A DNA stretch of 64,000 nucleotides from Paramoeba atlantica (Eukaryota; Protista; Discosea). Every line of letters begins with the position of its first letter. Within the stretch, counting starts at the first letter, position 1. Position numbers and translations under genes: made by a program. Below are positions 50,692 to 62,638 of the stretch, in pieces. Where the stretch lies: contig CDRNVI010000026.1 of NCBI GenBank assembly GCA_977017575.1, positions 1 to 64,000 of the forward strand, written 5' to 3'. The notes below the pieces were generated by a model, which was not told where the DNA came from, ran no database searches, and saw only the letters and a list, made by a program, of their open reading frames with translations.

Positions 50692-51044
50692 ATTAATGTT
50701 TTTTGTTCATGTAGCATTAGCCACGTGTAGATCAATCACGTCACGGAGTGCGTATAGTGTGTTCGCCATCTTGTACATATCACTAGTTGTATAAACAAAA
50801 TTCCTGTACGTTTGTTTGTTTTTTACCATCGTACAGGAGTTCAGTACTCCTAGGGATTTATAGCTTCATAGATCAGAAGAGAAGGTAACATTTGATTGAG
50901 TCCGAATTTCGATCTCCTTATGCACCCATTTCTATGCCTTATGCACCCAATTTCTATTGAATTCTGCAGAATATGATTTGACTTTGATAGATCAAGCTTG
51001 CCGATTCATATTCTTGTCTGTTGCTTCAGAAACCAATAGTTCTG

Positions 51045-52658
51045 ATGACAGTCTGCTACTTCTGCGAAGTATCTCGTTCTCCGGAGTGGAGAAAACTTGA
51101 GTACCTTAGTGTGATCCGGGATCGCCAGATTCCAAGCCAACGATTTCACAAACGCATGCAACACGAGGAGAGTTTCCGGATTGCGCTCCCGTCTTTTGAG
51201 AAGGAAGCGAATTTAATAAAAGTTCAATGCAGTACTACTATTGACGAGGAAATATTGAATGCTCTATTTGACTTGGCGCGTGCCAGGGGGATCTCTCACG
51301 AGCTTGACAGACTTTCAGCGGGCGAAAATATGAACACAACCGAAGATCGCGCAGTGTCTCATGTTGCACTTCGACGCATAATTCGAACTCGAAAAGAAAA
51401 CTTAGGGAAAGCTCCACAAATTGCATGGTTTCCAGAGCTCCGCGATTTCTGCGAATCCATTCGCAATGGTTCTCGTCTCACCTACACCCGTGAGACGTTC
51501 TCCCATGTCGTTCATATCGGTATTGGCGGCAGCGAGTGGGGCCCACGACTGCTATGCGATGCGCTCCAACATGACATACATGGCCTCACTCCGTATTTTG
51601 TTTCCAATACGGGAGGACAGTCTCTTGTGGATGTGTTAAATCAAGTCACTCTCTCCCGTACACTTTTTGTAGTATGCACCAAGACGTTTACGACCGTCGA
51701 AGTCCTAGCCAATGCTTTAGATGCGCTAAGTGCCCTACAAAATACGAATCTTGGTTCCTCTTTTCCTGTTCCTTTGCGATCTCAATTGCTAGCGTCTCAC
51801 TTTGTGGCGGTTACCTCAAATATGGAGAAAGCGTCTGCGTTTGGTATTCCCCAAAATTCAGTATTTCTGCTTGACGAAGGTATCGGGGGTCGGTACAGTG
51901 TGTGGAGCGCCATCAGCCTTACCGCTGCGTTATGTCTTGGATTCCACCGATTCGATCAATTTCTTCATGGAGGCTTCGCGATGGATGAACATATTCGGCA
52001 AGCCCCTTTACGGGGGAACGTTCCGGTTCTTTTATCTCTTTTGGATGTGTGGTATCAAAACTTTCTCGGGGCTTCTACCCATGCTGTGCTTCCCTACCAC
52101 ACCCGACTACGATTTCTTGTGCCCTACTTGCAGCAGTTGGAAATGGAGTCCAACGGGAAGAGAGTATGTAAGTGTTCGCATGGCTCTGTTGTCCATACTG
52201 GACCTGTGCTTTGGGGTGGCGTGGGAACGAATGCCCAGCATACGTTTCTACAACACGTTCACCAAGGCACACGGCTGATTCCGTGCGATTTTATAGCAGT
52301 GGTGAACCCCATCGAAAATTCGAGCGAAACTGTCAGAAAAAGGCACCAAAGTTTACTCAATCATTGTGCTGCGCAGGTGAAGGCGCTGCGAATCGGTACG
52401 ACGGATGACCATCTCCCAATGTACAAACAAGTAGTTGGAGCCAAACCATCAAACGTGATCATACTTGGCTCGCTCACTCCGGCAGCACTAGGAGCACTTC
52501 TGGCGCTTTATGAGTACAAAACTTTTGTGTCGGGCGTTTTATGGGGCATTAACTCTTTTGACCAATGGGGTGTGAATGTCGGCAAGTCGCTTGCCACAGA
52601 AATTGAAGATGAAACGAACGCTAGAACGAAAAATCGGTGGGGGAAATCACATTTATAG
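51045..52658 (+). CDS. PGI: Glucose-6-phosphate isomerase with PTS1 (SHL)
   Basis: IGIGGSEWGP, CTKTFTT, IGGRYSVWS, QQLEMESNGK, SFDQWGV..GK; ends -SHL. Confidence 0.96.
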   Translation: MTVCYFCEVSRSPEWRKLEYLSVIRDRQIPSQRFHKRMQHEESFRIALPSFEKEANLIKVQCSTTIDEEILNALFDLARARGISHELDRLSAGENMNTTEDRAVSHVALRRIIRTRKENLGKAPQIAWFPELRDFCESIRNGSRLTYTRETFSHVVHIGIGGSEWGPRLLCDALQHDIHGLTPYFVSNTGGQSLVDVLNQVTLSRTLFVVCTKTFTTVEVLANALDALSALQNTNLGSSFPVPLRSQLLASHFVAVTSNMEKASAFGIPQNSVFLLDEGIGGRYSVWSAISLTAALCLGFHRFDQFLHGGFAMDEHIRQAPLRGNVPVLLSLLDVWYQNFLGASTHAVLPYHTRLRFLVPYLQQLEMESNGKRVCKCSHGSVVHTGPVLWGGVGTNAQHTFLQHVHQGTRLIPCDFIAVVNPIENSSETVRKRHQSLLNHCAAQVKALRIGTTDDHLPMYKQVVGAKPSNVIILGSLTPAALGALLALYEYKTFVSGVLWGINSFDQWGVNVGKSLATEIEDETNARTKNRWGKSHL

Positions 52659-52841
52659 AAAATACAATAAATTGGAAAGACTATGGAAGACATGTACGTG
52701 TAGATTGTAGATGACGGCCTATTATTGGGAGAGACTCGAGATATCTGTATATTTTTGACTACACTACTTTCCCTTTTTCGGTTCTTTAGGTACTGTCATA
52801 ATGTATGACGAATTGGTCAGAAGATAGCAGCCAACATTCTA

Positions 52842-55800
52842 ATGACCACTTCGTATTTATTCAACAGCCAGAAGTTGGATTATCGGACGATTGCTACAGA
52901 AGGAAGATCTTACCGAATATGGAGAACCTTGCAGGACGTCACTAAAAAACTGGAGAGAACTTTTAAAGCCCATTTTGAGAATGATTTTTCACTCGACATC
53001 GAGCTGCTAAATAAATTATGGGACGCTTGGAACAGTTTTACCAACGAATGTGAATCATGCGTAAGAGATGGTGACATTCATGGATTTCGATGCCTCAGTG
53101 GTATTGCGAAAGGCTCCCTTCTGAAGATTAGCAATTCTAGCTTGGCAGTACTCCGCAGGGTGAATCAGAAGATGGACGAGACATTGGTCATGCGTGTTTT
53201 GTCTGCTATCATTCAATGCGCCTCTCTATTCAGTAATTTGGACCTGGTTGATCGAACCACCCAAGCTTTTCAACTTAATGCCACAGAAAACAATGAAGAG
53301 ACATCTTCTGCCGCTGATTTTAATTTTGAGCGTGGAAGCCTACCCACCGGTCAACTGGGACCTCCAGCTGAATTAGCAGTGTTTCTTTTACAGTGTGGAG
53401 AGATTATGTTGAAATTACGTGATCAAATTGATGATTCCGTAAAACCGGCATTGACACGTATTTTTACTGCGCAGCTTGCGGGTGAACTTAGCCATGGGGG
53501 ACAGTGGAGACGATGGTGTGAGGCAGTCTCCTCCCACCCGGATCTTCGCGAGGAGCACTGTAGTCCCTGTTTGTCACTTCTTGCGATGTATGACTACCTT
53601 AGATCGGAAGACAAAAAAGAAAAGGAATGGGACGAAACAATCCAGCGTATTATAAGCAACACTCTAACCTGTGATCTAGAGCTTTTTAACTCTGTGCTTC
53701 CGGAGCTTGATTTAATTCTGGGCGGGAAAGAAAGTGAAAATAAGGAGCGCAAGAAAAAGATTGACGAAAAGTCTGCGACTTCGTGCACTTTCCTGACTGA
53801 ACTTTTTAGAAATGCAGAACAAAAAGAGAATCGTGGAATTTTTAAGAAGATTTCTTACCAACGAATCTACATGGCTATTTCGGCGTGCTTAATACTCCAC
53901 TACAAGGAGGAGTCCGAATCAACTTCCTTTAATAATTCGGAATCCCGCCCGAAAAGACCTAGAGTGGATGTGGCGAAAACCGAAGAAAAGGGAGATAGAG
54001 TGCTTTCCTCAGTGAATGCTATCTGTCTTTGGCTCGAGGTTTCTTATCATTTTTCGATGGATCTTCTGGCCCATTCCTTAATGCTTTGTGTATCTGAAGA
54101 CTCATTGTTGATCTTTCCTACCGCTTCCATTGAAGATTTATTCCATCGAAAAATTAATCATATCTTGGACCAGTGCGTGATTCAAGAAATGAAGAAAACA
54201 GAATTAAGGGTGCTGGAAACTCTTGAACACACAGACCCTGTCGTCTTAAAGGCAGGGCTTTGTATAGGCCAGTTGCATGCTACCGCGTTTTTTAAAGATC
54301 GCACTGGAAGTCGTGAAAAATTAGGAAAAGATGCCCCCTTTACAATGCTCATGCAACATTCAATACTCTGCCCGATTAATCAATTTGACGATTTTCGTGC
54401 CTTATGGGAGACATTTATTTCCCGCGTTTGTTATCTCCATTACGAGAAGCGGTTCTTTCGTTCGTTTTACAAGGCGTGTTGTGCGCAGCCCCATGAGAAA
54501 CTTCTAAACGCTTTTCATATTCTTGAGCAGTTGCTGCTGATATTCTTTCGAAATGCTAACTCGTCTAGTCAGAGTCTGACTACCTTTCTTGAGGACGTAT
54601 GGCCTCCTGATTCTAATTTAATTTATGATGCAGAAGCTTTGACACCTGTACTATCGGCAAGCGCCTCCACCGATTTGAAGTGCGATTCTAATTCCTCAGC
54701 TGCAGTGTTTTCATGCCTGGTTTGCAATGCTGTCAGCGACTTGGCGCTCGGCTTAGAATCCTATCAATGGTCGGACCCTCCTCTATGGCTGGCGTTAGTG
54801 AAGGACAAATTTGAAGACACTCTGATTTCTTGTTTGCAGCATACGACGGTGAATCTCGAATTCGAAAGTATCTTTTGCGATATCTGCAAGACCAATACTG
54901 AAAATGTCAATCATATTCAGAGCAGATTGAATTTTTGCTTTCGAACGCTATATGGAATGAATCGATTGCGCTGCCTAACTCTTCGATTTTCCCAAGAGCA
55001 CTCGAATGTGGATACATCTGCTCCCTTTAATATCAGGGTTCACGAACGTTTCCTTCAATTGTTTGTTCCGGATATACGCGTAGCAGAACAAGTGGGAGGT
55101 TTATCAGATTTTTCAAAATTATTGTTAAAGAAATGCGGCACTGCTATCTTTAAAAAATGGGGCACGTGTGCAGCCCCGTGGTGGTGGCTCTGTAGCTTGA
55201 CGTTAGACTACAGGCTCTTGCGCGCCTACAATGTGGACCACACAGACGCACCTGTAGTGTGTCAATTCTTACAACAGCTCGTTCAGTTTCTTCGTGAAAA
55301 GGTGACAGTATGCAAAGAAGGACCCTGCAGAGCAATTCAAGAATTATGTGATCTACTTAAAAGTCTAGATGAAATAATTTTTGGTGCCGATCCCAACACC
55401 GTAGTAGAATCTATTTTTTGCAGCAGCGAACTCGTGGAAGATGAAGAGCAGCACATGGAAAATCAAGTTATTTCAAGTCTTTCGCGCCTTCCCCACATGT
55501 CAGTAGAACATTATGTAAGATGCGTAAAATGGATTCTGAATGGTGGCACTGATACATATATTTCAAAACACGCTAACAATGTGACAAACGAATGCACAAA
55601 AGGTGGACTAACCTCGCTTCGTGATACTACGTTAGGTTTGATCGGTGCACTTTGCTCCTGTTCACAAGACACTTGCAAATCCTTGCATGCTGCATCGACA
55701 TCCACTCGAGATGCAGAATTCAATCATTTCGGCGCAACAGATTATCAAAAATTGCTTAAAAAAATTCTAAACGATTCACCGAATACCAAAGCATCCAAAT

Positions 55801-57542
55801 ATCGCATAAATGATCACACTCATCTGCGTACAGACTACATAGATATATTCTTGAAACTTATACAACTCTCAGATTTACAATCTATTTGTGTTGCTGGGCG
55901 TGCCTTGATAGATTATATCAAGGATACTCCTTTGAGCTTGTCATCCCTTCAAGAAGACAAGAGTCTTGCTCTTCAGTTAACATGCGCTTTCTTCGAAGAG
56001 GCGACCCAAAAGGCAATCCAATCACGCTTTTCGAACTTGGAAACGTCGCCGTCTGCATTCCAAGACGAGGCCTTCGATACGCTCAAAAATCTGTGCTTTG
56101 TATATTTGAACTCCACAAAGACGCTGATGCGAGCGGCTGTCAACAGTGCAATAGGGAAAGATGAAGCAATGCATTTTCTTACGAACGGCACGCATGTGCT
56201 GCGATTGCTCAATCTGTTGATTAGAAGTGAAGACATTGACAAATTCGGGGATACACTCCCACGAATGCTGCTTCGATTTTGGAAAATTCATCGTCGATTC
56301 GTTGACAAAACACGGGGTGAACGAGCGTGTGAACCTGAAAATCTTACGTCCTTCGCTATGGAATTGATAGCTCTGACGGATTATTTCACAGCCAGCATGA
56401 ACTCGGATGAATGGTGTACGCTATTTCAAAGTCGTATCACGGGTAAAGAGGAGTTTGCCCCATCAAGTAAGTACCACGGTCTGAACTCTAACGTGGTGCA
56501 ATTCGTCTTGGATGAAACTACTTCAGATATGAACCCGAACGCATTGCCTACAATTTTAAGGGAAACCAGAGTTCTTCGCACCGTTGGCTCTGTGCGTCAT
56601 TACTTTTTACAAAAATTACAGGACAGAATTCGTCGAATCGAGGTCGAAACTTGTCTTGAGACAGATGAGAAACGCTTGCTACACTTTCAGTACATCTTAG
56701 ATATTTTTCGATCATTTTTAGTAACTCTGTCAAAACCATCGGTTCAGCTATCACAAATCTTCACCTCACTTTTATCAAAGGTGAGCATACTTCTAACAGT
56801 GGAAACACGTAGTCAATCTGAAATTCTCAATAAAACTCTGCCAATCGTTTGTGAGGCTTTGGTCCGATCGAAACTTATATCTCTTTCATGTGTAACCACT
56901 AGTCTATTGCTACGTGTTGTGGCGCAAGCAACGAGATCTACGTGCAAAATTTCGCTTCCCACGAAAGTCTTGCATAATATCCTTGTAGCACATGGACAAA
57001 GCATATCCACCGCTGCATTTCCATTTCTTTTGCTCACCTATCGTAATGTTCTGAGAATGAGCTTTTCGTGCTTCATGGCGAAAAATGAAAATGTGAATGC
57101 AACGAAGTGCTCTGTAGAGAAGTTTGACGAGACAAGAAAAGTCGACACATCTAATACCACCAACACAACAACATTTCTTAGATCTCTGCGCTTGGTGCGT
57201 GAGTTCATTAAAGTTGATCTTTCTTTGTCCCAATCTCGTTCTTTGCTGAACACTATTTTTGATACACTTGGCTCCTGTACAGTGCCTATTAATTCACTGT
57301 GCCTGAAGGAAGCCTACTTGGTTCTTCGTCCTCTTTTAGAAAAGCACCACAAGTCAGATAGCGAGATTCGAAGAGCACAAATCACAAAATCAGATGCACA
57401 ATCTAGCAAGGATGCCCAGAGAACTTTCTGCAATGAGAATTATTTCATAGTTCCAAAGTACGATATCACACTTTGCTCATATCAATCCGATATCGTGAAA
57501 TCTATCATGCAGTTCCATATGCAGAGCCTGGGGATTCGTTAA
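52842..57542 (+). CDS. Large helical hypothetical protein, 1566 aa (weakly Urb2/Npa2-like C-terminus)
   Basis: Uninterrupted ORF; family assignment is tentative. Confidence 0.75.
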   Translation: MTTSYLFNSQKLDYRTIATEGRSYRIWRTLQDVTKKLERTFKAHFENDFSLDIELLNKLWDAWNSFTNECESCVRDGDIHGFRCLSGIAKGSLLKISNSSLAVLRRVNQKMDETLVMRVLSAIIQCASLFSNLDLVDRTTQAFQLNATENNEETSSAADFNFERGSLPTGQLGPPAELAVFLLQCGEIMLKLRDQIDDSVKPALTRIFTAQLAGELSHGGQWRRWCEAVSSHPDLREEHCSPCLSLLAMYDYLRSEDKKEKEWDETIQRIISNTLTCDLELFNSVLPELDLILGGKESENKERKKKIDEKSATSCTFLTELFRNAEQKENRGIFKKISYQRIYMAISACLILHYKEESESTSFNNSESRPKRPRVDVAKTEEKGDRVLSSVNAICLWLEVSYHFSMDLLAHSLMLCVSEDSLLIFPTASIEDLFHRKINHILDQCVIQEMKKTELRVLETLEHTDPVVLKAGLCIGQLHATAFFKDRTGSREKLGKDAPFTMLMQHSILCPINQFDDFRALWETFISRVCYLHYEKRFFRSFYKACCAQPHEKLLNAFHILEQLLLIFFRNANSSSQSLTTFLEDVWPPDSNLIYDAEALTPVLSASASTDLKCDSNSSAAVFSCLVCNAVSDLALGLESYQWSDPPLWLALVKDKFEDTLISCLQHTTVNLEFESIFCDICKTNTENVNHIQSRLNFCFRTLYGMNRLRCLTLRFSQEHSNVDTSAPFNIRVHERFLQLFVPDIRVAEQVGGLSDFSKLLLKKCGTAIFKKWGTCAAPWWWLCSLTLDYRLLRAYNVDHTDAPVVCQFLQQLVQFLREKVTVCKEGPCRAIQELCDLLKSLDEIIFGADPNTVVESIFCSSELVEDEEQHMENQVISSLSRLPHMSVEHYVRCVKWILNGGTDTYISKHANNVTNECTKGGLTSLRDTTLGLIGALCSCSQDTCKSLHAASTSTRDAEFNHFGATDYQKLLKKILNDSPNTKASKYRINDHTHLRTDYIDIFLKLIQLSDLQSICVAGRALIDYIKDTPLSLSSLQEDKSLALQLTCAFFEEATQKAIQSRFSNLETSPSAFQDEAFDTLKNLCFVYLNSTKTLMRAAVNSAIGKDEAMHFLTNGTHVLRLLNLLIRSEDIDKFGDTLPRMLLRFWKIHRRFVDKTRGERACEPENLTSFAMELIALTDYFTASMNSDEWCTLFQSRITGKEEFAPSSKYHGLNSNVVQFVLDETTSDMNPNALPTILRETRVLRTVGSVRHYFLQKLQDRIRRIEVETCLETDEKRLLHFQYILDIFRSFLVTLSKPSVQLSQIFTSLLSKVSILLTVETRSQSEILNKTLPIVCEALVRSKLISLSCVTTSLLLRVVAQATRSTCKISLPTKVLHNILVAHGQSISTAAFPFLLLTYRNVLRMSFSCFMAKNENVNATKCSVEKFDETRKVDTSNTTNTTTFLRSLRLVREFIKVDLSLSQSRSLLNTIFDTLGSCTVPINSLCLKEAYLVLRPLLEKHHKSDSEIRRAQITKSDAQSSKDAQRTFCNENYFIVPKYDITLCSYQSDIVKSIMQFHMQSLGIR

Positions 57543-57867
57543 TCGCATGTTTTATGTTTTCAGCCATCCAATAGTTTCAGTCATCTTCAAACGTTTAAGC
57601 TTCGCAAACACGAGATGCCATTCCAGATCATCCTATGTATCACATCTGAATTTTATTTGACGACTTTTATATGACTTTCATTTGACGAAGTTTTATTGGT
57701 TTTATTCATACGTGTATATGTATGTACATTTATATTCATGAAAGGTTTGAGTGTGTATGAAAACATGAAACTCTCCCAAAAGGAGATAATCCAAAGTTTT
57801 CCACTTTATCTTTATCCTACCTTTGACCCCATGCTCCTCTTCGACCTCTCCCCTAACTAATCCCTCC

Positions 57868-58704
57868 ATGCGGCGTTGTCTTTCCCACTTGATCTCTCAA
57901 GCCGCTCCAAACGGGAAACCCAACTTCTGTATTCACTCCTCCTTCCCGACGCCTAATATAGAAATCCTGACCCTTCAATCCACTCACGCTATTCACATAC
58001 TGAACGAGCAGATCTCGAGTGAAATGATTTCCGTATTGCGTCGTGCCCAGGAGAGCACAACTACTGATGTTGTGATCCTTACCTCCGAGGGGAAGTCTTT
58101 TATGGTGGGAGCAGATGTAAAAATGATGGCCAGCTGGAGATCTTCTTCTTCTTCCTCATTTCAGGAAAGCACTCTGGAGCCCTTTCGAGATCTACAAGAG
58201 ACCTTTTTAAATTTTCCAAAACCGCTGATCGCCGCTGTAAATGGATTTGCTCTAGGATGTGGCTGTGCGTTGGCTACGTTGTGTGATATTGTGATGGCTT
58301 CTGAAAAAGCAGTGTTTGGGTTTCCGGAGGTTCGTCTGGGGCTGATTCCGTTCCTCGGCACCACGCAGAGACTCCCCCAGTTAATTGGGAAGACCCGAGC
58401 CATGGAGTGGATTCTCTCTGGGAAGTATTACTCGGCGACCGAAGCGGAACATGCAGGGCTTGTGTCGAGTGTACACCCTGTGGGGGATTTAACGACCAAA
58501 GCCGTGGAGCTCGCGACAACGATAGCCTCTCGTCCGGCATCGGCCGTGCGTCTGGCTAAAGAGGCGATGAGTTATGGCCATCAAGAGAGAGCGCTTCACG
58601 GTTTGAAATTTGAGCAAAGATGTTTCACTACTGCATTGCAGTCTGCTGAATCAAAAAAGGAGATGGAACGTTTAATCCAAGGCCTAGATTCGCGCAATTC
58701 GTAG
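57868..58704 (+). CDS. Enoyl-CoA hydratase/isomerase (crotonase) family protein
   Basis: FMVGADV, KPLIAAVNGFALGCGC, FGFPEVRLGLIP, A.EAEHAGLV; first ATG at 57868. Confidence 0.92.
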   Translation: MRRCLSHLISQAAPNGKPNFCIHSSFPTPNIEILTLQSTHAIHILNEQISSEMISVLRRAQESTTTDVVILTSEGKSFMVGADVKMMASWRSSSSSSFQESTLEPFRDLQETFLNFPKPLIAAVNGFALGCGCALATLCDIVMASEKAVFGFPEVRLGLIPFLGTTQRLPQLIGKTRAMEWILSGKYYSATEAEHAGLVSSVHPVGDLTTKAVELATTIASRPASAVRLAKEAMSYGHQERALHGLKFEQRCFTTALQSAESKKEMERLIQGLDSRNS

Positions 58705-58932
58705 CCGAGTTCTACAGCTACGCAGTATTTCAAGTTTGGCGAACGCTACTTTGTAAGGAATTGCGCTCCGGATACCTTTTAAAGGGCATACATATTGCGA
58801 ATACGCCCCAAAAGAATTTAACAAGCCATTGAGTAAAGCATAAATACTTTGACCAAAATACTTTTTGCGATTGTGACAAAAAAATAGGTCTTCAGTTTGT
58901 TTCTCGAACAGCTTTTCTTTCCCCTTTTTCCC

Positions 58933-59991
58933 ATGTCTCAAGGCTTCACATTCACCCGGGCTTGGATTAACGGGCGCAAACTACGCTACCCGGTCTACGG
59001 TATGGAGTACTCCAGCTTCCTCCCCCACTACAACATTTGGGCATGGAAACAAAGTGAACTGTACCGCCAGCTCTATGAGGCCCAGATGGAGCACCTGCGT
59101 CGGGTCTACCGCAGACAGTGGTATGAGTCCTACCGCACGAACGCAGATGAGTACATCAGTGTGTATTCCGTAACCAAAGCCGCACAATATAAAAAGTGGA
59201 AGGCGGAGGTCATCCTAGAAGACGAAAAACGACGGAACGCTATGTGGAAACGAGCCGCCGCAGATTCCTTAAAACAGAAGCAAAACGAAATGTGGCGCGA
59301 GTTCAGCGAGAAGCAGTTCTTTTACTGGTACGAGAGAGCCTCGGAACGACTGCAGCACATGAGTCAAATCAAGTGGATTGCTCGACCGCAACTCTCTACG
59401 CACATCCAGCAGGAGCTGCAGCGTTACGTCGCGCGGGATAACATGGGGAAGGACTCCTCGGAACATCGCTACCCGTTAAACTTTGTGGGACAAATGCCGT
59501 TGCTGGAGGATTCAGAGGGGAATATTGTCGGCGTCCCTCACCATCTCGCGCCGTGGCATCATCTCCGAGAAAGAGACCTGCAACGAAAGAGCGATGCTGC
59601 AGACGAAACAACCTCGGGGGCGAAAAAATCAGAAATGGCACCCTCCTCTAAAGTGTTTTTCTATGGTCCTGAGGGAGACCGTTCGGAGAGCATGGCAGCG
59701 AAAACGGACAAGGACGCTATGTTTTCCGTAGATCCTCACTCGATTAGCAGTGAGCCAATGCGCTTCACGACGCAAAAGAGTGCTCCAGGGGAGGAAACGC
59801 GCTTTAAAGCTGAAGTTGAGGCCCAGGAGTCCATTGACGCTACTTTTGAAAATACTTCCGAAAGCAAAGCCGTAGAAAGATCTGCTGCTCAAATGCAAGA
59901 GGACAAGGAACGGCTTCGATTGCGCGAACGTGAAGGACTCTCACACAAAACCGCCTCGAAAATGACAAAGAAGAAAACAAATCCTAATTGA
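58933..59991 (+). CDS. Helical, probably mitochondrial protein (possible mitoribosomal subunit)
   Basis: Aromatic/charged helical N-terminal half and low-complexity tail; assignment unverified. Confidence 0.65.
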   Translation: MSQGFTFTRAWINGRKLRYPVYGMEYSSFLPHYNIWAWKQSELYRQLYEAQMEHLRRVYRRQWYESYRTNADEYISVYSVTKAAQYKKWKAEVILEDEKRRNAMWKRAAADSLKQKQNEMWREFSEKQFFYWYERASERLQHMSQIKWIARPQLSTHIQQELQRYVARDNMGKDSSEHRYPLNFVGQMPLLEDSEGNIVGVPHHLAPWHHLRERDLQRKSDAADETTSGAKKSEMAPSSKVFFYGPEGDRSESMAAKTDKDAMFSVDPHSISSEPMRFTTQKSAPGEETRFKAEVEAQESIDATFENTSESKAVERSAAQMQEDKERLRLREREGLSHKTASKMTKKKTNPN

Positions 59992-60598
59992 TGTAGTCAG
60001 AAGCTCTGACACTGCTTTGCTAACATTCTACTAAGTTTTCTTGGAGCTTCCAAGAGAGTACCAAGAGAATGGTAGTCCTTCCTTAATGTTCGAATTACCG
60101 TATTCGCAGGATCGCCTTATCTAGTCCTCGCAATAGAGTACAGAGGATACAGAATTGTGAACATGTTACGGCTTCTAAATATCATTCTCATGGTACACCA
60201 CGATATTAAGAGGTTTCACGTATCAGTATTAGATGTGACCACTTTTCGCACCCCGAGACATTCCCTTAGATAGCATTTCCTCTCCATTACCCACGTTTCG
60301 GCAGAATGCTGGACAACGCGAGAATGAAAGGCGCAACCTTTAGTACCCACCTTTAGTACCTTTCCGGGAAAGTCTAGAGCTACACAAAAGAGTTCGTCGG
60401 TCTTGTGACGTAGACTTTCTAAGTCAAAAGTGTAAGTCACGGCCATTTCAACGCGAAGCAAGTAGCTTTGTCTTTGCGGTTGACGACGATCATGTTTAAC
60501 AAAGCCTATAGTTTATTACGATATTATGATTCGTGAACAGCTGCGCAATACAGCGCGTTCAATTTTTATAGGTTCAGTTCTTGCTTATTGTATTAAAA

Positions 60599-61462
60599 AT
60601 GTCCGAGAACGTGGATGAAGAAACGGCATCAAGCAGGTCATCGCTGCGAGATGGTGAAACGAAGCTTAACCCCAAGAAACTACTTTCCCGGGAAGAATTT
60701 TACACACTCTATCAGCAGCAGAAGAAACATTTACTAGCGACTTCTTCGGGGAATGAGAATGTACTTTCATGTTCTGATTCTCTCAAATCTGAATCCTCCA
60801 ACACTTTGTCGAGACCCCATCGCAATCTCTCAGCTGTGGCCGCAGCGGCGATGGCACGTGCAGAACGTCAACGAAATCAGTCCGGTGCACAACAAAATGC
60901 GGATCAAGCCACAGAATGCGACGAAGAATCATCCCGGGATCATTCCGAAACCGTTCCGAACTCATCTGAAGTGATTCGGGACCTAAAGAACGATTCTCCA
61001 GCCATGCCACAGGAAATTTCAGAACTTATCGAAGAAAACAGCGAGGGACGAATGCACATGGAGGACAGCGCGGCGCCAGGGTTTCAATTTATTGCTGTTA
61101 TCCGTCTTTCGCATGAATTTCGATTATTGCTTCTTAACGTTATTAAATGTGCTTTCCTTAGTGCGTTAGTCACTCGAGGACTTTCATCTCGTACGCTTCT
61201 CGTTTTTTTCTTATTGATTGCGTCCAGTGTATTGCGGTATTTTTCGAGTTTTATCGTTACGCGACAACCAGACAGGAACGCGCGAACAACAAGCGCTGTC
61301 CGTTCTGGTGAGAATGCTCCACCTGTTCCCATATCCCGGGTAGCTTATGTATCACTCATCTGTTGTCGCACCCTTACTTTCTTATGGCAAATATTATTCA
61401 CGTTTCTGTGTTCTCTTTACCCTGGTTGGAGAATAGAGACGTTAGAAAGCGTGGAATCATAA
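60599..61462 (+). CDS. Hypothetical membrane protein
   Basis: Polar N half, hydrophobic segments, C-terminal FTFLCSLYPGW. Confidence 0.7.
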   Translation: MSENVDEETASSRSSLRDGETKLNPKKLLSREEFYTLYQQQKKHLLATSSGNENVLSCSDSLKSESSNTLSRPHRNLSAVAAAAMARAERQRNQSGAQQNADQATECDEESSRDHSETVPNSSEVIRDLKNDSPAMPQEISELIEENSEGRMHMEDSAAPGFQFIAVIRLSHEFRLLLLNVIKCAFLSALVTRGLSSRTLLVFFLLIASSVLRYFSSFIVTRQPDRNARTTSAVRSGENAPPVPISRVAYVSLICCRTLTFLWQILFTFLCSLYPGWRIETLESVES

Positions 61463-61819
61463 ATAGTAGGGTTACATTCATAAATTCAAAATTTAATTGC
61501 CGCTTAAATGAAAAACGCGAATTTTTGAATATCTTGCACATTTTTGCTATGTTTTTCTCCTACCCAAACTATTTTTTGGACGAGGAATTAGGGATCACGC
61601 GAACTGCATGATGAATGTCTGCATAAAGTAGGAGACCATATTCTTTACCCGCTTAATTTTATAATGCGGTTACTTAGAGGCGGCGTATCACAATTTTCAA
61701 AGTTGAATCCTTTTTAAATGCCATGATAAACAGGTATTTCATTTTTTACGCCAATCCTTTTGCAAACTGCTTAAAAATTTCCTAATCATAACCTAATCAT
61801 AACCTACCCATAACATTCA

Positions 61820-62218
61820 ATGCCTCCTAAGCAAAAAGCAGACCCTGTTGTGTTGCATAAGTACGAAGGAATGATCAGCGAACATCGCGCTCTCATGGCC
61901 AAAGTAGCCGAAGTCGATGCTGAGAAAAATCAAACCGAAATGACACTAGAAGCGCTACGTAACATGGAGGCAGAGCGACGCTGTCACCGACTGGTTGACG
62001 GAATTTTGATCGAAGGAACGGCTCGGGATACGATACCAGAGTTGGAGGACGCGACTACCCAAATGGAGCGTCTTTTAAAAATTTTACAAGAACAGCTGGA
62101 AAGAAAATCACAAGCTTTGCGAGAATATGCTGCGGAGCACAACTTAGAAGAGCGTCTGGGATCAAATAATGTGCAGAAAGATGAGACCAGTACTTCAACT
62201 CCTGGAGTGCTTGCGTAG
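61820..62218 (+). CDS. PFDN2: Prefoldin subunit 2
   Basis: LEALRNMEAERRCHRLVDGILIEGTARDTIPEL within a coiled coil. Confidence 0.85.
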   Translation: MPPKQKADPVVLHKYEGMISEHRALMAKVAEVDAEKNQTEMTLEALRNMEAERRCHRLVDGILIEGTARDTIPELEDATTQMERLLKILQEQLERKSQALREYAAEHNLEERLGSNNVQKDETSTSTPGVLA

Positions 62219-62638
62219 TGTTTTAGCGGCGTAAAGGGATGAAGGCGTGCCCATGCCCTAAGCAGACGCACTCATATTCCATGTTTTCCGTGTCATGCCT
62301 TCTGCCACGTGTTTGAGTCGACTACCTTGCACCATGTATTCATTGCAGAAACCCGCACTTCGAAAGTTCTTCTATTTAGAGAAAAAATAATCTTAAGGAG
62401 TATACAAGAGAACCCACGAGCATACACGATATACTGGACTAACTAAAAACTCTAAAGGACGCGACAAATACATTAAGGAGAAAAGATTACATTGGATGTA
62501 GTACTAGTCCACATCCATGTATCGTCAAAGAGTGTATTTTTCTGCATCGCATTGTCACTTCTCTTTCCCTTTTAATCCCTATTCCTCAATGCTCACGCAA
62601 ATCTTCGATATTAAGTGAATGGAGAGAACATCTTAACC

